DNA of 64,000 nt from Eubacteriales bacterium (GTDB lineage Bacteria; Bacillota; Clostridia; Oscillospirales; CAG-272): positions 1,954 to 65,953 of the forward strand of contig JAZTXK010000048.1 in NCBI GenBank assembly GCA_045636385.1, read 5' to 3'. Under the pieces are notes generated by a model. The model saw only the letters and a list, made by a program, of their open reading frames with translations, searched no databases and was not told the DNA's origin. This document shows, one piece after another, positions 33,277 through 43,241 of the stretch (positions are counted from its first letter, which is position 1; each line of letters starts with the position of its first letter). Made by a program: the position numbers and the translations under genes.

Positions 33277-34032
33277 TCACGCAAGATAGAGTGCGACGCG
33301 GTCGAGGATTCTGTTGACGTTATCGACCTGCGAGATCATTCCGCCGATGCGGACCTTGCCCTCGCCGACCGAGGCAACGGCGTTGACCTTGCCGTCGAAA
33401 AGATCGCGGGCGAGCTTGATATCCTCGAATCTCATAAACGAGGAAAAGCTTTCGGGCGCGGAGGGGAGGGCGCGGAGGACGTGATCCTTCGCCTCGATGC
33501 CGAGGATGTGATCGTCGCCGATGGCGAGCTTGATCACGCCGTCAACGATATAGGATGCGCTCGCACGGCCGACCTTATCGACGTTTCCGATCTGCGCGAT
33601 CGCGTTTGCGATCAAATGGAACATCAGAAGCGTGCTTTTTTCAAAGAAAACGGGATCCTCCAGTGCCTTTTCGTCAGCGCGGAGGTAGGAGGAGAGGATA
33701 TCGGTCAGCGGCATAAACTTTTTGAGCAAAAATCCGATCTTCGTAAATCCCTTCGAAGGAATCGGCGTGACCGTTCCGTCGATCATTCCGTTGAATTTTT
33801 CGGGGGAGGAAAAGGGCAAAATAATATTGCAGGAATCGCATTCCGCGGCAAACCACGCCTTGCCGCCCGAAAAGCAGAGTGCGCCCGAGGGTCCACCCTT
33901 GACGCGGAATCCGAGTGAAACCTTTTCATTCTTTATGAGCTCTTTTGCGCGCTCGTCAAGCTCGCAAAGATATGGAATACTGCCGAGGATGGCGTGGAGA
34001 TTGATATAAGCGAGTGTTTTTGCATCCGTCAT
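33277..34032 (-). CDS. hypothetical protein (possible SCP2-like C-terminus)
   Basis: 251-aa ORF with coding-like composition, 9 nt upstream of the aminotransferase. ARDLFDGKVNAVASVGEGKVRIGG resembles SCP2-fold sequences. Tentative. Confidence 0.4.
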   Translation of the reverse strand: MTDAKTLAYINLHAILGSIPYLCELDERAKELIKNEKVSLGFRVKGGPSGALCFSGGKAWFAAECDSCNIILPFSSPEKFNGMIDGTVTPIPSKGFTKIGFLLKKFMPLTDILSSYLRADEKALEDPVFFEKSTLLMFHLIANAIAQIGNVDKVGRASASYIVDGVIKLAIGDDHILGIEAKDHVLRALPSAPESFSSFMRFEDIKLARDLFDGKVNAVASVGEGKVRIGGMISQVDNVNRILDRVALYLA

Positions 34033-34120
34033 TTTATTACCACCTATTATTTGTTGTATACAATTATATCATAAATAAATAATAAGTTCAAGTGACTACA
34101 GTTCAATTATTATTGATATT

Positions 34121-34152
34121 AAAAAAGCAGACTCGCTTGGAGTCTGCTTTTT
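34121..34152 (-). terminator. intrinsic terminator after L6
   Basis: GCAGACTC-GCTTG-GAGTCTGC flanked by A and T runs. Confidence 0.65.
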
Positions 34153-34159
34153 GGCTTAA

Positions 34160-35563
34160 TTAATTCACGTACCAATAAGGAACGACGATATCGAACTGCG
34201 GAATTGGCGTTACCTCTCCGGTGGCGATATTGATGCAGCAGGGTTGACTGTCGTAACCTTCCAAATGCTCTCCGGTTTCGGGGTTGTATCTGCTGACTGT
34301 TGCAAAAACGTAATCGCCGTATGCGGAGATGATCTCCATATACGCCGCGGGGAGCTCGAAGATAACGTGATTATCCTCGCCCAAATAGCCGCATTGCCAT
34401 ATCTGCGCCGCGCCGGATGCCAATATCTTTCTGACCTCTCTGTTTACCTCTTCCGTGGTTGCATTAGGATTATTTTCTCTGTACTTGCTTGCCGAGAACG
34501 CCTTTCTTTCTTTATGCTTCGTTTGATATGTCGTCAGTATACCTTTTTCTGTTACACATACTGGATTTACCAACGAATAATCAAATATTACTTCTTTTAC
34601 CTCATCGGACTTCAAATCGTTAATGAGATACCCGTCGCTTATATAATTGATAGTATAAGTACCTACAAGATTACTTGTTCGTATTTCCGGCTCCGACCGT
34701 TGATCTGTTCCGTTTTTAGTTAATGAAACAATTTCCCCGGTATCCATACGGAAATAAAATCTTTTATTTGAAACTCTGCTGAGCGACCAGTTCTCTCCTA
34801 TTTCAAAAAGCTCTTTGGACGTATCTGCTTCAAAATCGTATTCATATAAAAAATGTCTTGTTTTCGGCTCATAATCTGTAACAGATTGTCCTATTCCGGA
34901 TTTGTATCCTGTATTGCTGTAATCCAAAACACTTTTCACCTTATAATACTTGCCGTCAAATGACATTCCGGCAGTCCATCTTTCAAGGATCTCTTGACCA
35001 AGATTATCTTCAAAAACAGTTCTCTTCTCTCCGGTTTTTAAATTATACATAATTTCGGTATTAATCACACCGTACTCATCGTCCAGTGCTTGTATAAGGT
35101 AAACGATCCAATCTCCGAATATACCTTTAAACTTATAATACTCATGCGACCGTAATCCATATCCCAAAAGCATCGGACAACCCGATTCAAGAGAATGATT
35201 ACATGACGGGTCAAGACAAGGACTCGAAACCGTCCCTGTAACAGGATTGTACTTGACTATTCTGCTGACTTCAACATCACCGTATTTAGCGATTTTTTCA
35301 CCAGCGGGGCTTGTTTTGTAGCCGATGATTCCCGTAGTAGTATAGGTTTCAATGTAAATCAGACACCCTTCGTATAATGTACCGGAATAAAAATCTCCCG
35401 TATGATAAGGCATTCCGATAGTATAGTACTCTTCTTCTAAATCTATTTCAGGATTCGCGGTAGTTTCCGAGGGAACAATCGGAACATCGTAAACCGATTG
35501 GCAGGAGGAGAAAAGGAATAGAATCGCTAACAGAAGACTTGCGAGTTTTATTGTGTTTTTCAT
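34160..35563 (-). CDS. L-family lipoprotein (L6)
   Basis: Lipobox FSSC, SSPCLDPSCNHSLESGC, YNLKTGE, YEYDFEADTSKELFEI, INIATGEVTPIP, C-terminal DIVVPYWYVN. Confidence 0.85.
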   Translation of the reverse strand: MKNTIKLASLLLAILFLFSSCQSVYDVPIVPSETTANPEIDLEEEYYTIGMPYHTGDFYSGTLYEGCLIYIETYTTTGIIGYKTSPAGEKIAKYGDVEVSRIVKYNPVTGTVSSPCLDPSCNHSLESGCPMLLGYGLRSHEYYKFKGIFGDWIVYLIQALDDEYGVINTEIMYNLKTGEKRTVFEDNLGQEILERWTAGMSFDGKYYKVKSVLDYSNTGYKSGIGQSVTDYEPKTRHFLYEYDFEADTSKELFEIGENWSLSRVSNKRFYFRMDTGEIVSLTKNGTDQRSEPEIRTSNLVGTYTINYISDGYLINDLKSDEVKEVIFDYSLVNPVCVTEKGILTTYQTKHKERKAFSASKYRENNPNATTEEVNREVRKILASGAAQIWQCGYLGEDNHVIFELPAAYMEIISAYGDYVFATVSRYNPETGEHLEGYDSQPCCINIATGEVTPIPQFDIVVPYWYVN

Positions 35564-35613
35564 TTTTGTACCATCCTTTCGGGGAATTGTTTTTATTATT
35601 TTTTCCCTCTATA

Positions 35614-35648
35614 TATATGTACAGAAAAAACTCGTGATTTTGTTCAAC
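35614..35648 (-). promoter_or_regulatory. third copy of the candidate ECF-type promoter motif
   Basis: Minus strand GTTGAA-N20-GTACATATA upstream of L6, with the same upstream TTTTCAAAAAA block as the other copies. Confidence 0.35.
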
Positions 35649-35723
35649 TTTGGCAAAAAAATTAATGTTTTTTGAAAAAATTTTATTCTCCCCAAAACTA
35701 CTATTTTGACTTGATTATAATTA

Positions 35724-36392
35724 TTATTTTTTCGCTATTCCGTCAAGTATCAGATATAATTCATCCTTTTCAATTTCCACACTAATTTTCAATAAATAAG
35801 AATACTTTTCATCACACCAAACATAATAATTATATTTATCAATCGTTTGACAATAAAGAATAATATCTTCACATTCAACAGCCGAATAGCTTCCGGATTC
35901 CGAATCCAATGTAAATTGCATTGTAGACAATACATCCTGCTCAAATACTATAATATCTCCATAAGCATTTTTCCATTTATTTTGATTCCATATTGAAGAT
36001 TCGTTATTCTCAAACGCTTCATACCCTTCAGGTACATATGTAAGCGTATAATACTCTTCAATATTATCTCCCTTTTCCTCATCGTTGCTAACAAAATAAC
36101 CTTTGATATAAGTGTCATACGTGTTTACAAAGAAATTTCCGATTTGTTCTCTGTATACGACAGCCACACAGCCGGCAAGGAGTATGGCGGCTGCAATTAG
36201 TATCGCGACAACTGTACGCCTTAACGCTTTGCGCTTCATATTCGGTCTTGTCACCTCAAATCCGAACGTTTCGCTCAACTTGCGGTAATATCCGTCGCTG
36301 CAAATAATATTTTCGCCACAAGCGGTATCCTGATCGATACGAAGAAGCAATCCTTCGCTCACCGCCTGCTTGAACATCTCTTTATTTGTCAT
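35724..36392 (-). CDS. membrane anti-sigma factor candidate with DUF4367-like domain (module 3)
   Basis: One TM helix (VVAILIAAAILLAGCVAVV) and EEYYTLTYVPEGYE. Paralogue of 2045-2731. Starts 2 nt after the sigma gene. Confidence 0.7.
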   Translation of the reverse strand: MTNKEMFKQAVSEGLLLRIDQDTACGENIICSDGYYRKLSETFGFEVTRPNMKRKALRRTVVAILIAAAILLAGCVAVVYREQIGNFFVNTYDTYIKGYFVSNDEEKGDNIEEYYTLTYVPEGYEAFENNESSIWNQNKWKNAYGDIIVFEQDVLSTMQFTLDSESGSYSAVECEDIILYCQTIDKYNYYVWCDEKYSYLLKISVEIEKDELYLILDGIAKK

Positions 36393-36394
36393 TC

Positions 36395-36940
36395 TTATTT
36401 CTCCTTCAAAGCTTCAAGAAGCTGTTGCTTTCCTCGTCTGAGTCTTGTATTAACGGTATTTATGCTCACGTCAAGCATTTTTGCCACTTCCGCAGGCTTG
36501 ATCTCCTCAACAAGGCACAGATGCAAGGTCGTGCTGTATATCGGTTCAAGCCTTGATATGGCGCGGACAACGTTTTCGTATTCCTCCGCAATATTGATTG
36601 ATTCAATAAAATCCTCATCGTTCGGAATCACGGACAGCACATCAAGCTCTTGCCGTTTCTTGTGATCTTCCAGTATCAAATAGCATTCGTTGACCACTAC
36701 AGTATATAAATACGCCCGAATTTCTTTATCGGAACGATTCATATCCGGCTTTCCGTACCGAATTATTTTCATATATGCGTTTTGAACCGCATCCTCGCAA
36801 TCCAAAGCAAAATTTTTATGATCATAATATTCCAATACTCTGCGCGCAGTTCTTAACATAAATCCATTATACCTTGCGTACAGCTTTCGAATCATCTTTT
36901 GATCTTTTTCATCAACTAACGTCAGCAAAAAAACAAGCAT
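36395..36940 (-). CDS. ECF-type sigma-70 family factor (module 3)
   Basis: Paralogue of 1491-2045 (MLVFLLTLVDEKD..). Region 4 is PAEVAKMLDVSINTVNTRLRRGKQQL. Confidence 0.85.
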   Translation of the reverse strand: MLVFLLTLVDEKDQKMIRKLYARYNGFMLRTARRVLEYYDHKNFALDCEDAVQNAYMKIIRYGKPDMNRSDKEIRAYLYTVVVNECYLILEDHKKRQELDVLSVIPNDEDFIESINIAEEYENVVRAISRLEPIYSTTLHLCLVEEIKPAEVAKMLDVSINTVNTRLRRGKQQLLEALKEK

Positions 36941-36965
36941 GGCGATCTCCTATCAATGTAAGTCT

Positions 36966-36994
36966 ATTATACCATAGAATCGCTTTATTGTCAA
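36966..36994 (-). promoter_or_regulatory. consensus sigma-A promoter of sigma module 3
   Basis: Minus strand TTGACA, 17-nt spacer, TATAAT. Confidence 0.6.
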
Positions 36995-37020
36995 TCTTTA
37001 TTCATTTTTGCGCTTTTATC

Positions 37021-37049
37021 TTGAATATTTATGCGCTTCGTGGTATAAT
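37021..37049 (+). promoter_or_regulatory. sigma-A type promoter of the PAP2 operon
   Basis: TTGAAT, 17-nt spacer, TATAAT. 24 nt before ATG 37073. Confidence 0.55.
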
Positions 37050-37072
37050 AAGGATAAATCGGAGGTGAAACA

Positions 37073-38008
37073 ATGTCTTTTCTTTATTTATTGGAAGAAA
37101 TACGAAATCCCGTGCTTGATTTTCTGTTTTCGATCGTCACGCTTTGCGGCGAGGAAACCGTGTTTATGGCGGCGGGAATGATCGTCTTTTGGTGCATAAG
37201 CAAGCAGAAGGGGTATTATCTGCTCTCCGTCGGCTTTGTCGGCACCGTTATCAATCAATTTCTCAAAATCACCTTCCGCATTCCGCGCCCGTGGGTCAAA
37301 GATCCGAATTTCACGATAGTCGAATCGGCGCGCGAGGCGGCAAGCGGATATTCCTTCCCCAGCGGTCACACGCAGACCTCGGTCGGACTTTTCGGCGGTC
37401 TTGCGCTGAAATTCAAGCATCGCGCCATTCGGATCGCCTCGATCGCGCTTTGCGTGCTCGTTCCCCTCTCGAGAATGTACCTCGGAGTTCACACGCCCGC
37501 TGACGTCGGCGTTTCCATCGTGATCGCGCTGATACTCATTTTTGTGCTCTCACCGATATTCGAGAAGGCGGAAAATTCGCCGAAGGTGATGTACTCCCTT
37601 CTCTTCTCGCTGACCGGAATCATGCTTGCATACCTCTGCTTTATGAGCTTTTGGCAGTTCCCCGAGGAAGTTTTCCACGTCGATAACGTACACAATTACA
37701 TCTCGGCGGTCAAGAATGCATACACGCTGACCGGCTGTATGCTCGGATTCCTCGTTGTTTACACCGTAGACCTCAAATGGATCAAGTTCAACACCAAAGC
37801 CGTATGGTGGGTGCAGATCATCAAGATCGTCGGCGGTCTTGCGCTCGTTCTTGCCGTCAAGGAGCTTATGCGCGCGCCGCTTGAAGCTTTTCTCCCCGCG
37901 AACACCTGGGCAAGAATGCTTCGCTACTTCCTTATGGTCATTATGGCGGGCTCGGTTTGGCCCGTGACATTCAAATATTTTGCAAAACTCGGAGGTAAAA
38001 AGGAATGA
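37073..38008 (+). CDS. PAP2-family membrane phosphatase
   Basis: PAP2 motifs KITFRIPRP, SFPSGHT and SRMYLGVHTPADV. Confidence 0.85.
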   Translation: MSFLYLLEEIRNPVLDFLFSIVTLCGEETVFMAAGMIVFWCISKQKGYYLLSVGFVGTVINQFLKITFRIPRPWVKDPNFTIVESAREAASGYSFPSGHTQTSVGLFGGLALKFKHRAIRIASIALCVLVPLSRMYLGVHTPADVGVSIVIALILIFVLSPIFEKAENSPKVMYSLLFSLTGIMLAYLCFMSFWQFPEEVFHVDNVHNYISAVKNAYTLTGCMLGFLVVYTVDLKWIKFNTKAVWWVQIIKIVGGLALVLAVKELMRAPLEAFLPANTWARMLRYFLMVIMAGSVWPVTFKYFAKLGGKKE

Positions 38009-38739
38009 CTTTCAATGTAAACCATCCCCTGCTCTTCGTCATCGTCGGCGCGATCATTGCGGTCGTTCTGGCGCAATCCGCATTCTTCCTTGCCCGCGCG
38101 ATCAAGCGCGCAAAGGAGCTCGGACTCGGCGAACACATCAAAAAGACGGTAATTTCCGCCGCAATCTTCACGATAGCGCCCGCAGTTGCGGTGTTGATCG
38201 GCGTCGTTGCGCTCTCGAAGAGCCTTGGCATCCCTCTCCCTTGGCTTCGCCTTTCGGTAATCGGCTCGATCACTTACGAGACCGTCGCGGCGGGCAATGC
38301 GCTTGAAGCCGCAAATATGAGCGCGGGCACGACAGTTGCCGATCCCTCGATCTACATCACGATCGCGTGGGTAATGACCGTCGGCATCGCCGCGGGACTC
38401 ATCCTCGTTCCCTTCGTCACCAAAAAGCTTCAGAGCGGACTTGCCAAGGTCGGTATGAAGGACAAAAAGTGGGGCGAGATCTTCAATAACGCTATGTTCC
38501 TCGGTATGATATCGGCATTCCTCGGCTACGTTTTCTGCGACGTCGGACTTATCGCAAAGGGCGACACCTCGGGACTGATTCCCGTCTGCGTAATGGCGAC
38601 CTCGGCGGTCGTTATGGCGATCTGCGGTACTATCGCGACGAAATGTAAGATTCGCTGGCTGACCGACTACGCTCTTCCGATGAGCCTTATCGCGGGAATG
38701 GCTTCGGCAATTCCCTTCACTATGCTTTTAGGAGGTTAA
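38005..38739 (+). CDS. multi-pass membrane protein (unknown function)
   Basis: 244 aa with several TM helices. ATGA overlap with the PAP2 gene. Confidence 0.55.
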   Translation: MTFNVNHPLLFVIVGAIIAVVLAQSAFFLARAIKRAKELGLGEHIKKTVISAAIFTIAPAVAVLIGVVALSKSLGIPLPWLRLSVIGSITYETVAAGNALEAANMSAGTTVADPSIYITIAWVMTVGIAAGLILVPFVTKKLQSGLAKVGMKDKKWGEIFNNAMFLGMISAFLGYVFCDVGLIAKGDTSGLIPVCVMATSAVVMAICGTIATKCKIRWLTDYALPMSLIAGMASAIPFTMLLGG

Positions 38740-38743
38740 AGAT

Positions 38744-39412
38744 ATGAAAAACACTAACCTTTCATATATGGAAAGCGTCCATAAGTACGGACGCATCTGG
38801 GGCATCGCGGTTGCCTGCGTGCTTTTCGCCTTTCCGCTCTCCCTTTCGCTGATCTTCTCTACCGCACCCGACCTCGGCGTGCTTCTCAAGGGTATTTTCG
38901 CAACCGCACCGATGTACTGGGCTGTCGGAATCGTTGAGATCTTCACCTACGTTCCTATGCTCGGCGCGGGCGGCACCTACCTCTCCTTCATCACGGGCAA
39001 TATCTCGAACCTCAAGCTCCCCTGCGCCATTGACGCTATGGAGCGCGCGGGCGTTAAGGCTTCCGACGAGGAAGGCGAGGTCATTTCCACCATCGCGATC
39101 GCGGTTTCGAGCATCGTGACCACACTCATTATCATCATCGGCGTTATCTGCATCGTTCCGCTGACGCCCGTTCTTGAATCCCCCGTTCTCGTTCCCGCGT
39201 TCGATATGATCCTACCCGCGCTCTTCGGCGGTCTTGCGGTAGTTTTCATTTCGAAGAACCTCAAGCTCTCGATCGCGCCCATCATCCTGATGCTCGCGCT
39301 CTTCATCTTCGTTCCCGCGCTCAACGCATCGACCGTCGGCATTATGGTTCCCGTCGGAGTCGTTTTCACCGTCATCGTCGCGCGCATCCTCTACAAGAAG
39401 GGAGCGCTTTGA
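38744..39412 (+). CDS. multi-pass membrane protein (unknown function)
   Basis: 222 aa and hydrophobic. 4-nt gap from the previous gene and 1-nt gap to the next. Confidence 0.55.
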   Translation: MKNTNLSYMESVHKYGRIWGIAVACVLFAFPLSLSLIFSTAPDLGVLLKGIFATAPMYWAVGIVEIFTYVPMLGAGGTYLSFITGNISNLKLPCAIDAMERAGVKASDEEGEVISTIAIAVSSIVTTLIIIIGVICIVPLTPVLESPVLVPAFDMILPALFGGLAVVFISKNLKLSIAPIILMLALFIFVPALNASTVGIMVPVGVVFTVIVARILYKKGAL

Positions 39413-39413
39413 T

Positions 39414-40850
39414 ATGTGGGCACTCGCACTCATCCCCGCGGCACTCGTGATATTCGTCGCGGTACTCGTAATCCGCGCCGCGGCTTTCAAGCCGAAAAAG
39501 CAACCCGAGCTTGACAGTTACGAGGTAAGCTTTGACAAAGACAAGGCGGCTTCGGACCTCGCCGAGCTCGTTCGCTGCAAGACCGTATCCTACCGCGACG
39601 CTTCTCTCGAGGACGACGCGGAATTCGAAAAGCTGATCGCGCTTCTTCCCTCTCTTTACCCGAACGTAAACCGCGTTTGCGAGTTCACTCGCTTCCCCGA
39701 CCGCGGAATTCTCTTCCGCTGGGCGGGCAAAAGCGCCGACGCGCCCGCCGTTATGATGGCGCACTACGACGTTGTTCCCGTCAACGAGGACCTTTGGGAT
39801 ACCCCCGCATTCGAGGGCATCATCAAGGACGGATTCATCATCGGACGAGGTACGCTTGATACAAAAGTTACCTTCTCGGGCATTCTTTTTGCCGCAAACC
39901 ACCTCATTTCCGAGGGATTTGTACCCGAAAACGACATTTATTTCGCATTTTCGGGCGGCGAGGAGGTCAACGGACTCGGAGCCGTTCGCATCGTTGACTA
40001 CTTTGAGGAAAAGGGCATCACCCCCGCGCTCGTTATCGACGAGGGCGGTGCGGTTGTAGAAAACGTATTTCCCGGCGTCAAGGCTCCTTGTGGTTTGATA
40101 GGCATCGCAGAAAAAGGTATGATGGACGTCAAATATACCGTAAAATCACAGGGCGGTCACGCATCGGCACCCAAGCCGGGCGCGCCGATCGACAGACTCG
40201 CGTCGGCTTGCCGCAGAATGGTTGAGAACCCCTTCAAGCTCAAGCTGACCGCGCCCGCCGCGGAGATGTTCGACACCCTCGGCAGATATTCCTCCTTCGT
40301 CTACAAGATCATTTTCTCGAACATCAAGCTCTTCCTCCCCGTCCTCGATATGATCTGCAAGAAGGGCGGCGGCGAGATGAACGCGCTGATGCGCACCACG
40401 GTCGCCTTCACGCAGGCACAGGGCTCGTCGGCAACCAACGTAATCCCGCCCGAGGCATCGCTCGTTTCAAACATCCGACTCAATCCCGCCGACGATATGG
40501 AATCGGCACTTGAATATATCAAAAACACCGTCGGCGACGAGCACGTTGAGGTCACCTGTATGCACGGAATGAACCCCTCCCGCATCTCGCGCACCGACTG
40601 CGAGGGATTCGACAGAGTGGCTTCCGCCGTTGCATCGACCTGGAAGGGCTGCATCGTCGCGCCCTACCTGATGGTTCAATGCTCCGACTCGCGCCATTGG
40701 GGACGCATCTCCGACCGCGTTTACCGCTTCTCGGCGATGGACCTCACAAGCGAAGAACGCGCCTCGATCCACGGCAACAACGAAAAGATCCGCATTGATG
40801 CACTCGGCAGAACCGTGGAATTTTATATCAGACTTATGAAAAAATGCTAA
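39414..40850 (+). CDS. M20-family metallopeptidase with N-terminal membrane anchor
   Basis: MAHYDVVPV, GRGTLDTK and FSGGEE motifs of M20/M25/M40. N-terminal TM helix. Confidence 0.8.
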   Translation: MWALALIPAALVIFVAVLVIRAAAFKPKKQPELDSYEVSFDKDKAASDLAELVRCKTVSYRDASLEDDAEFEKLIALLPSLYPNVNRVCEFTRFPDRGILFRWAGKSADAPAVMMAHYDVVPVNEDLWDTPAFEGIIKDGFIIGRGTLDTKVTFSGILFAANHLISEGFVPENDIYFAFSGGEEVNGLGAVRIVDYFEEKGITPALVIDEGGAVVENVFPGVKAPCGLIGIAEKGMMDVKYTVKSQGGHASAPKPGAPIDRLASACRRMVENPFKLKLTAPAAEMFDTLGRYSSFVYKIIFSNIKLFLPVLDMICKKGGGEMNALMRTTVAFTQAQGSSATNVIPPEASLVSNIRLNPADDMESALEYIKNTVGDEHVEVTCMHGMNPSRISRTDCEGFDRVASAVASTWKGCIVAPYLMVQCSDSRHWGRISDRVYRFSAMDLTSEERASIHGNNEKIRIDALGRTVEFYIRLMKKC

Positions 40851-40886
40851 TAAAAAAGGTTGGCTCACCGAGCCAACCTTTATTTT

Positions 40887-41549
40887 TTAATTATTATCAA
40901 GCAGTCCGAATCCCGCAACTGCGGTGACGGGGAGCGACATTACTACCGCGCCTGCGTCGGTCTGGGTGCCTGCTTTATCGATGATGGACTTCATAATAGC
41001 CGCCTTTTCCGAGGATTTTGCAACTATCATAATGACTTCCTTCTCGCTTGCTATCGAAACGCCGAAGAATTTTGCGGCGTCCTTCGAGCCGGTGCCCTTG
41101 CCGTGAAGAACAGTACCTCCGCGTGCGCCCGCCTCGCGTGCGGCGTCCATAACGGTGTCGGTGTGTCCCTCGTTGGCGATAGCCAGAACGATCTCGTAAT
41201 TATAATTTATCTCGGGCGCGCCCTCGGTGGGTCTGCCTCCATTAAGATTTGCCAAGGTCTTGCCTCCTCCTACACTTTTGATGGGTGTTGCTACGATGAT
41301 TCCCTGACCGGGAGCGTCGATATAAAGATTCTTTCGTGCTTCCTCGACCAGACGCGCCGTGCGGTCACGGTCGGCTATCGTCATAATGACGTGGTATTCG
41401 TGCGTGCTCAGTCCAAGAAGGTCGAGCACGTTTTTCCTCGCCGTGCCTCTGCCGAGAAGCTCTATCGACAAGGGAAGCTCGAGTGACTGCATAATGGCGT
41501 TCATCTTCGGCGCCATATTCGGATTTACAACAGAAATTACAAAATTCAT
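40887..41549 (-). CDS. tandem P-II-like protein
   Basis: From MNFVISV: two P-II-like halves (HVIMTIADRDRTARLVEEA; EIVLAIANEGHTDTVMDAAREAGARGGTVLHGKG). GGGGGTGAG RBS before ATG 41549. Adjacent to a DUF1538-type gene, a known pairing. Confidence 0.6.
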   Translation of the reverse strand: MNFVISVVNPNMAPKMNAIMQSLELPLSIELLGRGTARKNVLDLLGLSTHEYHVIMTIADRDRTARLVEEARKNLYIDAPGQGIIVATPIKSVGGGKTLANLNGGRPTEGAPEINYNYEIVLAIANEGHTDTVMDAAREAGARGGTVLHGKGTGSKDAAKFFGVSIASEKEVIMIVAKSSEKAAIMKSIIDKAGTQTDAGAVVMSLPVTAVAGFGLLDNN

Positions 41550-41554
41550 TACTC

Positions 41555-43009
41555 TCACCCCCAAAGCTCAATGATCTCGTCGTCGGGTGCAATATCTTCC
41601 ACAGGTGCGTCAGTCTTCTTGCGTCCGTAGATGAAGCCGACGATCTGGATCGAGATAAGCGGCATCATAGCGACGGTTGCAACGATACCGAAGGCATCGG
41701 TCAGAATATTTCCGCCCGCCGCAGAGCAGACTCCGATAAGGAACTGGAGCATAAAGGTCGCCGTCATGGGACCCGACGCAACTCCGCCCGAGTCGAAGGC
41801 TATTGCGGTATAAATATCGGGAACGAAGAAGGTCAGGATCAGCGCGATTGCGTATCCGGGAACCACGAACCACATGATCGAAATACCCGTGATAACGCGG
41901 AGCATTGCGATTCCCATTGCGATCGCGATCGCGATAGAAAGGCTGTATTTGATCGCCTTGCCGGGGATCGCGCCCGAGGAAACGCTTTCAATCTGCTTCT
42001 CAAGGACGTAGACCGCAGGCTCGGCGGAAATAATAAACCAACCGAGGCACATTGCAAGCGGGATCAGGAGATACTTCGTCCAGCCGTCGTAAAGCGCTGC
42101 GCCGAGCACCGCACCGAGCGAGGAAAATCCGACGTTAACGCCCGTCAGGAAGAGGACGAGTCCGACGTATGTAAAGAGAATACCCCAACAGATCTTGAAG
42201 AAGGGGCGCGCCTGCATCTTCAGCACGAAGAACTGGAAGATGAGGAATATCGCAACGATGGGCAGAAGCGCCATCGAGGTTTCAAGCAGATAGTGCGGTA
42301 TTGCCTCGATATAAGCCATACCGATCTCGGTCGTGCTCGACCAATCGACGGTGGTGACGCTCGTCACGCCGTCGGCATTCGGATAGAGGAAGCCGAGAAT
42401 GAGAACGAAGAGGATCGGTCCGATCGAGCAGAGCGCAACGAGACCGAAGCTGTCCGAGCCCGCGTCACGGTCGGAACGCATATTTGCAACACCGACGCCG
42501 AGCGCGAGGATGAAGGGAACCGTCATAGGACCCGTGGTAACTCCGCCCGCATCAAAGGCGATACAGAGATAATTCGGATCGGCAAGTGCCGCGAGGACGA
42601 AAACGAGAATATAAAATCCGAGAAGCAGCCAACGGAGCTTGATTCCGAGGAAGATACGGAGCATACATACCATAAGGAAGAAGCCGACGCCGATTCCGAC
42701 GGTCACGATCAGCACCATATTGTCGATGTGAGGTACCGTCTGCGCCAAGACCTGAAGGTCGGGCTCCGAGATAGTGACAGCCAAACCGAGTATGAAGCTG
42801 ACGATAAGTATCAGCCAGAGCTTCTTTGACTTTGTCAGCGCGGCGCCGATACGGTTTCCTATGACCGTCATCGAGGTCTCCGCGCCCTGGGTGAAAAGTC
42901 CCATGCCCACAATTATCATCAGAGTTCCGATAAGGAACGCGACGAGGAGGCTTGGTTGAATTGGTGTCAAAAACAGGCACAAGAGTGCTACAATGATGAC
43001 TATCGGCAT
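41555..43009 (-). CDS. DUF1538-family membrane protein
   Basis: Two homologous hydrophobic halves with FDAGGVTTGPMTVPF and FDSGGVASGPMTATF repeats. The start is uncertain (see rejected notes). Confidence 0.6.
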   Translation of the reverse strand: MPIVIIVALLCLFLTPIQPSLLVAFLIGTLMIIVGMGLFTQGAETSMTVIGNRIGAALTKSKKLWLILIVSFILGLAVTISEPDLQVLAQTVPHIDNMVLIVTVGIGVGFFLMVCMLRIFLGIKLRWLLLGFYILVFVLAALADPNYLCIAFDAGGVTTGPMTVPFILALGVGVANMRSDRDAGSDSFGLVALCSIGPILFVLILGFLYPNADGVTSVTTVDWSSTTEIGMAYIEAIPHYLLETSMALLPIVAIFLIFQFFVLKMQARPFFKICWGILFTYVGLVLFLTGVNVGFSSLGAVLGAALYDGWTKYLLIPLAMCLGWFIISAEPAVYVLEKQIESVSSGAIPGKAIKYSLSIAIAIAMGIAMLRVITGISIMWFVVPGYAIALILTFFVPDIYTAIAFDSGGVASGPMTATFMLQFLIGVCSAAGGNILTDAFGIVATVAMMPLISIQIVGFIYGRKKTDAPVEDIAPDDEIIELWG

Positions 43010-43214
43010 GACCGAGATCGCCGATTCCTTGATCTTTTCGCCGAAAATTGCGAATTTGCTTTGCGGTTTTATCTTTCCATCCTCCCATTAACGCGGGGCT
43101 TTGCGCCCGAAATTTGAATTTTTCCTTCCTATTAATTATATCAAATATCCGCCCCCTTGTCAACCGCGAAGTTTGACGAAAGAGTGACATCGTCATAAAT
43201 TTATTAATAATTTT

Positions 43215-43241
43215 AAAAGGAGCCGACGGGCGGCTCCTTTT
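43215..43241 (-). terminator. terminator after the MATE gene
   Basis: GGAGCCG-loop-CGGCTCC flanked by A and T runs. Confidence 0.55.

Noticed and set aside
32746-33918. 390-aa plus-strand ORF
   Set aside because: It is antisense to the aminotransferase and the upstream 251-aa gene. It spans their intergenic gap, has no RBS and has antisense-type composition.
43010-43087. In-frame upstream extension of the DUF1538 gene (..KIKPQSKFAIFGEKIKESAISV-MPIV..) preceded by GGGAGGA
   Set aside because: The extension looks protein-like but contains no ATG, GTG or TTG. Only ATA or ATT could initiate. I cannot support a non-canonical start from sequence alone, so I kept ATG 43009.
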